NCBI GenBank assembly: GCA_963662435.1
Contig: OY759598.1
Coordinates: 1,024,507-1,088,506, forward strand
From: Dehalococcoidia bacterium
Lineage (GTDB): Bacteria; Chloroflexota; Dehalococcoidia; Lucifugimonadales; VXLM01
DNA length: 64,000 nucleotides
Reading direction: 5' to 3'
The notes beneath the pieces are model-generated. The model was not told the DNA's origin. It made no database searches and saw nothing but the letters and a program-made list of their open reading frames with translations. Both the position numbers and the translations under genes were made by a program. Positions 57,959 through 64,000 of this stretch are shown here, piece after piece. Position 1 is the stretch's first letter; each line of letters begins with the position of its first letter.

Positions 57959-59230
57959 ATGAAGGTCCTCGTCATCGGCAAGGGTGGACGCGAGCACGCC
58001 ATCGCGTGGAAACTTTCGCAGAGTAGACGCATATCTACGCTGCTATGCGCCCCCGGTAACGCCGGAACGGCCAGGATCGCGCCAAACGTCCCCATTTCCG
58101 ATAGCGACGTGGAGGCTCTCCTGGAATTTGCCCTTCACGAGAAAGTCGATTTTACAGTCGTCGGCCCGGAGGCTCCACTTGCCGACGGAATAGTTGACAG
58201 GTTTCAGGAATCGGGACTCGCGATCTTCGGTCCCACCCAGGCAGCCGCGCGTATCGAGTCCAGCAAGAGCTTCGCGAAGGACTTGATGCGCCGTGCAGGC
58301 GTGCCTACAGGGCGGGCCGAGGTCTTTTCAGATTTCAAAGCAGCCCGCAATTACGTAGAAGCACTGTCGCCCCCTGTGGTTATCAAGGCCGACGGTCTAG
58401 CCGCGGGAAAGGGAGTCGTGATTGCGAACACGAAGGAGCGGGCGCTGTCGGCCCTTCGTGAACAGATGGTTCATAGAGCATTCGGTTCGGCAGGCGAGAC
58501 GGTGCTTATCGAGGAGTTCCTGCAAGGGCCGGAGTTAAGCGTCTTCGCCTTCGTAGACGGCAAGCGCCTCTCGCCTCTCGTAGCTGCAGTCGACTACAAG
58601 CGCGTCGGCGAAGGAGATACGGGCCCAAATACCGGCGGAATGGGCGCATATAGTCCTCCACTGGGTGTCCTCTGGAATCCCGAAATTGAGCGCAGCGCCC
58701 GCACCGAGATCATGGAGCCGGTGGTAGCCGCCATGGCCGACTACGGGTGTCCGTTCGTGGGAGTCCTCTATGCCGGCCTGATGCTCACACGCGACGGACT
58801 GAAAGTCATCGAGTTCAACTGCCGCTTTGGAGACCCGGAGACACAGGTCGTCCTGCCTCGAATAGAAAGCGACCTCCTCGAACTCATGCTGGCTGCCGTT
58901 GCCGGGAATGTCTACGATGCCCCCCTAAAGGTGAGCCCCGACTCGTGCGTAGGCGTGGTTGTAGCGTCCGGTGGTTATCCTGACGCCTATGAAACCGGCC
59001 TCCCTATATCCGGATTGGACATCGTTCAGAACAACACAAGCGTCTTCCACGCTGGCACCAAGCTCAATGATAGCGAGGAGACCGTCACGGACGGCGGACG
59101 AGTGCTTACAATCAGTGCAACCGGCAAGACTCGTCAGGAAGCCCGCCGGAAGGCCTATGCAGCCACAGAATCGCTCTCGTTCGACGGCTCATTCTTCCGC
59201 GGCGATATCGCCGAATTCTCAAGTAACTGA
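57959..59230 (+). CDS. purD: Phosphoribosylamine--glycine ligase
   Basis: MKVLVIGKGGREHAIAW, KADGLAAGKGV, GPNTGGMGAY, EFNCRFGDPE. Confidence 0.97.
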   Translation: MKVLVIGKGGREHAIAWKLSQSRRISTLLCAPGNAGTARIAPNVPISDSDVEALLEFALHEKVDFTVVGPEAPLADGIVDRFQESGLAIFGPTQAAARIESSKSFAKDLMRRAGVPTGRAEVFSDFKAARNYVEALSPPVVIKADGLAAGKGVVIANTKERALSALREQMVHRAFGSAGETVLIEEFLQGPELSVFAFVDGKRLSPLVAAVDYKRVGEGDTGPNTGGMGAYSPPLGVLWNPEIERSARTEIMEPVVAAMADYGCPFVGVLYAGLMLTRDGLKVIEFNCRFGDPETQVVLPRIESDLLELMLAAVAGNVYDAPLKVSPDSCVGVVVASGGYPDAYETGLPISGLDIVQNNTSVFHAGTKLNDSEETVTDGGRVLTISATGKTRQEARRKAYAATESLSFDGSFFRGDIAEFSSN

Positions 59231-59249
59231 TGTGGCTGCATCCAAGCCA

Positions 59250-60437
59250 ATGAGCGACGTTCCCGACCTCCTGGCCGCCTTCGAGTCCAAGACTCTGCTC
59301 CGCCCGCAATTCGATGCACCCAACGTCGTGGACCTTTCAAAGGCGGTGTTCGACTGGGCAGGAGTGCCCGACCTCGACTTGGGTAATAACGCAAGACGAA
59401 TACACGAAACATTCTGCCATGCCAGCCAGTTGGTTCTTGTCGTCGTCGACGGTCTGGGAATGAATTTCATTGATAAACTGGAACCCACATCTTTCCTTCG
59501 TCGGCATCTCCGTATGGAGCTGCAAACCGTCTTTCCTTCCACAACGTCGGCGGTCTTCACCTCCCTCGCGACGGCCACGTGGCCCAACTGCCACAGCATC
59601 ATCGGATGGGACTTGTACCTGGAGGAGGTCGATTCGGTCTCTACGGTTCTTCGGTTTGAGAGGCGTCAGGATGGTGAATCACTGGATAATCTGGGTGTCC
59701 GCGAGGAACAGGCATATCCAGTCCCGTCACTCTTGGGTGCGATTGACGGCGACTTGGTCTCCATAGTTCCCGAAGGGATCGCGAACACTCCATATTCGGA
59801 CTACTGGGGCGGTCACAACGCGGAGTACGTCACCTACGAAAGGCTTGCCGATGGTATAGAAGCGGCAATCTCCAAGAGCATTTCCGCAAGCGAACGTAGC
59901 CTGACGTACCTATATGTGATTGACGTGGACTACGCCGCGCATGAGTTCGGTACCAACGCGCCTCAGACAATTCGGGCATTGGAACATACAGACGAAATGA
60001 TCGAGCGCCTGGCTTCTGGACTCCCGGTTAACGCACGTCTGGTGCTCACCGCCGACCATGGACAGCTGAACGGACCTTTCCACGACATTCTGCCCACGGA
60101 TTCTCTGGTGTGCCACCTGCTACACGAACCATGGGGAGACGCTCGCGAGATGCATTTCGCAGTGAAGCCTGGAAGGGAAAAAGACTTCGAGGTTGACTTT
60201 CGAAATCGCTTTGGCGAGGTCGCGTTCCTGCTAACGGTGGATGAGGTGGAATCGCTGGAACTGCTGGGACCAGGGCGCGTCGAGGATGCTGCACGAAAGC
60301 GTCTCGGCACGCACCTTGCAATATCACGTGGCGCGGATGCATTCATGTACCACGTCCGTCCCAATCCGATGAAATTCATTGGAAGCCACTCCGGCCTCAC
60401 GCCGGACGAAATGCTGGTACCATTAGTGGTTGTTTAG
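59250..60437 (+). CDS. Alkaline phosphatase superfamily / nucleotide pyrophosphatase-like protein
   Basis: VVVDGLG, TVFPSTT, DYAAHEFG, TADHG, GSHSGLTPDEMLVP. Confidence 0.88.
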   Translation: MSDVPDLLAAFESKTLLRPQFDAPNVVDLSKAVFDWAGVPDLDLGNNARRIHETFCHASQLVLVVVDGLGMNFIDKLEPTSFLRRHLRMELQTVFPSTTSAVFTSLATATWPNCHSIIGWDLYLEEVDSVSTVLRFERRQDGESLDNLGVREEQAYPVPSLLGAIDGDLVSIVPEGIANTPYSDYWGGHNAEYVTYERLADGIEAAISKSISASERSLTYLYVIDVDYAAHEFGTNAPQTIRALEHTDEMIERLASGLPVNARLVLTADHGQLNGPFHDILPTDSLVCHLLHEPWGDAREMHFAVKPGREKDFEVDFRNRFGEVAFLLTVDEVESLELLGPGRVEDAARKRLGTHLAISRGADAFMYHVRPNPMKFIGSHSGLTPDEMLVPLVVV

Positions 60438-60468
60438 GGAAGGAAACATCATTGTGAGGTAAGCGCAA

Positions 60469-60927
60469 ATGCCATTAGTCGGAGTCATCGTAGGAAGCAA
60501 ATCGGATCGGCCCCTCATAGACGAGACCTCGGAGGTCCTCGACCAACTTGGCGTCGAACACGAGGTGGTGGTTGCATCGGCCCATCGCACGCCTGAGGCT
60601 GTCATGGAGTGGACGACGTCCGCCCGAGATCGGGGAATAGAGGTTATCATCGCCGCCGCTGGCGGCTCGGCCGGTCTGCCGGGCGTCGCGGCGTCGTGGA
60701 CCACCCTGCCAGTCATCGGCATTCCGGTGCCTTCGAGTGACCTTGAAGGAATCGATTCACTCTATTCAATCGCCCAGATGCCGCCCGGTATACCCGTCGC
60801 ATGTGTTGCCATCGGCTCGTGGGGAGCGCGAAACGCCGCCTTCCTCGCCGCCCAGATTCTTGGCATCAAGCACGACTCTGTCCGAGCGGCCTACGACGAG
60901 TACCGTCAGGGCCTCAAGTCCAGGTAG
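60469..60927 (+). CDS. purE: N5-CAIR mutase
   Basis: GSKSD, SAHRTP, LPVIGIP, SIAQMPPGIPVA. Confidence 0.97.
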   Translation: MPLVGVIVGSKSDRPLIDETSEVLDQLGVEHEVVVASAHRTPEAVMEWTTSARDRGIEVIIAAAGGSAGLPGVAASWTTLPVIGIPVPSSDLEGIDSLYSIAQMPPGIPVACVAIGSWGARNAAFLAAQILGIKHDSVRAAYDEYRQGLKSR

Positions 60928-60941
60928 GTCGGAGCACACCG

Positions 60942-62234
60942 GTGATCAAACGTTACACCAGGCCTCGAATGGGCGCAGTCTGGTCCGAACGCAACAAGTA
61001 TGACCGCTGGCTACAGGTGGAGTTGGCCGTCTGCGAGGCATGGACCGAGCACGGTACCATTCCCCTCTCCGACATGGAGAAGCTGCGCTCGGCCAATTAC
61101 AACTACGAGCGGCTCGAGGAGATTCTCGTCGTCCATCGCCATGAGATGACGGCTTTCCTTCAGTCCATCACGGAATTCATCGGCCCCGAAGGCCGGTGGC
61201 TGCACCTCGGTCTTACCACCAGCGACGTTTGGGACACGGCAACAAGCCTTCAGATTCTAGACGCCATCGAACTGCTCGATGAGGAGATTGACGCCCTAAT
61301 GGACGCCATCAAGGTGCGGGCTGTCGAGCACAAGGACACCCTGATGATTGGCAGGACTCACGGCATACACGCCGAGCCAATCACCTTTGGTCTCAAGCTC
61401 GCCGTGTGGTACGACGAGATGCGCCGCAACAAAGACCGTCTCGCACACGCGCGTGCCACCATCGCTTACGGCAAGCTCTCCGGTCCCGTCGGGACGCACG
61501 GAACCGTGCCTCCGTCGATAGAGGCGGCGGTATGTGAACGCCTCGGCCTACAGGCCGCCCCTGCCTCCACGCAGATTCTCCAGCGCGACCGCCACGCCGA
61601 ATACGTCACGACGCTGGCACTCGTCGCGGCGTCGCTGGAGAAGTTCGCCACCGAGATCCGCGGACTTCAGCGAACGGAGATCCGCGAGGTTGCCGAATAC
61701 TTCCCGAAGGGCCAGCCTGGCTCTTCGTCGATGCCGCACAAGCGCAATCCCGAACTCTCCGAGAGGGTCTGCGGACTGGCACGGCTGATACGCGGCCACG
61801 CCGTAACTGCTATCGAGAACGTCGCATTGTGGCACGAGCGCGACATCAGCCATTCTTCCGCTGAACGCCTCATCCTGCCGGACGCCTCCATTGCCCTTGA
61901 CTACATTCTCAGCCTTATGACAGGACTGATTCGCGACCTGAACGTCGACACCGACCGCATGATGTACAATATCGAATCGACTTACGGCGTCCTCTTTTCG
62001 CAGCGGGTGCTCCTCGCCCTCATCGAGCAGGGCATGGAGCGCGAGACCGCCTACGGCATCGTCCATAATCGCGCGATGGAGAGCTGGGAGACTGGACAGG
62101 ACTTTCGGGAAATGATGCGGTCCGACCCCGAAGTGAGCGGACTGCTGGCTTCCGACGACCTGGAGTCACTATTTGACTACAGATACTATGTCCGACACGT
62201 AGACGAGATTTTCGAACGTGTCGGCTTGAAATAG
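60942..62234 (+). CDS. purB: Adenylosuccinate lyase
   Basis: GRTHGIHAEP, GSSSMPHKRNP, WHERDISHSS; GTG 60942. Confidence 0.97.
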   Translation: MIKRYTRPRMGAVWSERNKYDRWLQVELAVCEAWTEHGTIPLSDMEKLRSANYNYERLEEILVVHRHEMTAFLQSITEFIGPEGRWLHLGLTTSDVWDTATSLQILDAIELLDEEIDALMDAIKVRAVEHKDTLMIGRTHGIHAEPITFGLKLAVWYDEMRRNKDRLAHARATIAYGKLSGPVGTHGTVPPSIEAAVCERLGLQAAPASTQILQRDRHAEYVTTLALVAASLEKFATEIRGLQRTEIREVAEYFPKGQPGSSSMPHKRNPELSERVCGLARLIRGHAVTAIENVALWHERDISHSSAERLILPDASIALDYILSLMTGLIRDLNVDTDRMMYNIESTYGVLFSQRVLLALIEQGMERETAYGIVHNRAMESWETGQDFREMMRSDPEVSGLLASDDLESLFDYRYYVRHVDEIFERVGLK

Positions 62235-62247
62235 GAGGAATTAACGG

Positions 62248-63120
62248 ATGCAAGCATTAATGGAGTCCCCCCTGCCCGACCTCGTATATCGCGGCAAAGT
62301 GCGCGATACCCACGATCTCGGTGATGAGTTTCTCATGGTGGCCACCGACAGGATTTCGGCTTTCGACGTGGTGATGCCGAACGGAATCCCCGACAAGGGC
62401 GCCGTGCTGTCCCAGATATCCGCCTTCTGGTTCGGCAAGACGCAGCACCTGGTTCCGAATCACCTCATCGACTTGGGCATAGCGCGCCGGGATCTTGGGC
62501 TTTCGACCGACATGCAGCGCCGGTCGATGATCGTCAAGAAAGCTGACCGCATCGACGTCGAGTGCATCGTGCGGGGCTATATCACCGGTTCGGCATGGAG
62601 CGAGTACCGCAAGACCGGTACCGTTCAGGACAAGCCGATGCAGCCGGGACTAGTGGAGGGCGACAAGTTCCCGGAGCCGCTCTTCACCCCTACAACCAAG
62701 GCTGAGGTCGGCCACGACGAGAACATGAGCTACGAAGAGGTCGTGGACATGGTCGGCGCGGATACCGCCGGTCGACTCCGAGACACCGCGATCGAAGTCT
62801 TCAACTTCGCGCACGATGTCGCAATCGAGTGCGGGATCATACTCGCTGATACCAAGATGGAATTCGGCTTTATCGACGGCGAACTCTCGCTCATTGATGA
62901 GCTGCTCACGCCCGATTCCAGCCGCTTCTGGGATGCTGAGGGCTATGCGCCCGGCAAATCGCAGCCAAACTTCGATAAACAATTCGTCCGCGACTACCTT
63001 GACTCCGAAGGCTGGGACCACGAGCCACCGGCCCCTGTCCTACCAAACGACATAGTCGCCAAGACCCGCGAACGCTATCTCGCGGCCTACAAACGATTGA
63101 CCGGAAACGACCTGATCTAG
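62248..63120 (+). CDS. purC: SAICAR synthase
   Basis: GKVRD, DRISAFD, ADTKMEFG, DELLTPDSSRFW. Confidence 0.97.
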   Translation: MQALMESPLPDLVYRGKVRDTHDLGDEFLMVATDRISAFDVVMPNGIPDKGAVLSQISAFWFGKTQHLVPNHLIDLGIARRDLGLSTDMQRRSMIVKKADRIDVECIVRGYITGSAWSEYRKTGTVQDKPMQPGLVEGDKFPEPLFTPTTKAEVGHDENMSYEEVVDMVGADTAGRLRDTAIEVFNFAHDVAIECGIILADTKMEFGFIDGELSLIDELLTPDSSRFWDAEGYAPGKSQPNFDKQFVRDYLDSEGWDHEPPAPVLPNDIVAKTRERYLAAYKRLTGNDLI

Positions 63121-63161
63121 CATAGGGAGTTCGTGAGCGTCCGGAAGTCTAGGAGCGCAGC

Positions 63162-63902
63162 ATGGCCAACAGAGGGCGGCAGAACAAAGAGGGCGTTCAG
63201 CGCTTCCTAAGCCTTACTTACCTCCTAGTCGGAGGCGGAATCATCGTCGCCGTAGCTGTGGCCGTGATTCTCTTCGCGGCCTTGGGTAGCGATTCACAAT
63301 CGGGGTCAACGTCCCCATACACGGCTCAAGAGAGTTCCGCCGATTCCGGCTCCCAAGAGCAGTCCTCGACCGATGACAAGCCCGTACCGGAGGAGACCAC
63401 TCAGGAGGTCTCCCTTGTAACGCTGGAGGAGTTTGGCGACTTCCAGTGCTCCCACTGCGCCCAATTCGCCGTAACCATCGGCAGGCGGATCAAGGCCGAC
63501 TTTGTCGATGCAGGTCGGATCCAGTTCATATTTAGCCACTTCCCCTTCATAGGGACGGAGTCCTTCAGGGCCGCCGAGGCCACGGAGTGCGCCGCCGACC
63601 AGGACAAGTTCTGGGAGTTCCACGACATCGTATTCGAGAACAGGAAGGGTGTGAACGAGGGGCACTTCTCCGACGACAACCTCAAGCTCTTCGCCAGCAG
63701 CCTCCAGCTCGACAGAGGCGCGTTCGATTCCTGCTTCGACAGCGGCAAATACCGTGGCAAGGTAGGAGCCGACCTCCGACGTGGCGAACAACTTGGTGTC
63801 CAAGGGACGCCAACACTTTTCCTCAACGGGAAGATGCTCACTCCGTCCTCCTACGAAGAACTGGCCCAACTCATCGAATCGGCAATCGCAGACGGGCAAT
63901 GA
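63162..63902 (+). CDS. Membrane-anchored DsbA-family oxidoreductase
   Basis: EFGDFQCSHC, GVQGTPT, N-terminal TM helix. Confidence 0.9.
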   Translation: MANRGRQNKEGVQRFLSLTYLLVGGGIIVAVAVAVILFAALGSDSQSGSTSPYTAQESSADSGSQEQSSTDDKPVPEETTQEVSLVTLEEFGDFQCSHCAQFAVTIGRRIKADFVDAGRIQFIFSHFPFIGTESFRAAEATECAADQDKFWEFHDIVFENRKGVNEGHFSDDNLKLFASSLQLDRGAFDSCFDSGKYRGKVGADLRRGEQLGVQGTPTLFLNGKMLTPSSYEELAQLIESAIADGQ

Positions 63903-64000
63903 GACCGGCCACTAGAGCGCGCTCGGCTATCGCGGCCCTGAGCCTCGCGGGTCTGGCGGTGGCAACTTACCTCAGCGTGGAGCATGTTACTGGCGGAATC
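63899..64000 (+). CDS. Probable vitamin K epoxide reductase (VKOR), partial
   Basis: ATGA overlap with dsbA; LSLAGLAVATYLSVEH resembles the VKOR first helix; DsbA-VKOR pairing is common. Confidence 0.6.
   Translation, partial: MRPATRARSAIAALSLAGLAVATYLSVEHVTGGI

Overview
A ~60% GC bacterial chromosomal segment, most consistent with Chloroflexota (Dehalococcoidia/SAR202-like). That placement is inferred from gene order (dapL-dapF-miaA-tpiA-apgM-pgk; guaA-purD-purE-purB-purC) and lineage-typical hypotheticals. The backbone is housekeeping: rsmH, mog, trmD, rplS, two leuB-family genes, T-box-regulated leuS, thrC, iscS, trxA, tRNA-Sec, tRNA-Arg, smpB, ctpA, hflX, and dap, glycolysis and purine genes. 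Accessory material includes: (1) a VapBC-type TA pair; (2) a defence islet with McrBC and a DUF3800 gene facing a promoter-driven ~65-nt hairpin RNA (best candidate for an RNA-controlled toxin/defence system); (3) a 1.6-kb integrase-less islet bounded by an exact 18-bp duplication of the tRNA-Sec 3' end; (4) an orphan terminase-small-subunit-like HTH gene with a leaderless promoter and 10-bp-phased repeats, splitting an ABC transporter cluster; (5) several REP-like palindrome families packaged inside at least three MITE-like families. Also notable are a C2H2-finger/PilM-like fusion, a wHTH-TIR protein with an apparent catalytic E-to-Q change, a dif-like site and two candidate structured RNAs. 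All family calls come from motif recognition by eye; no database searches were run.
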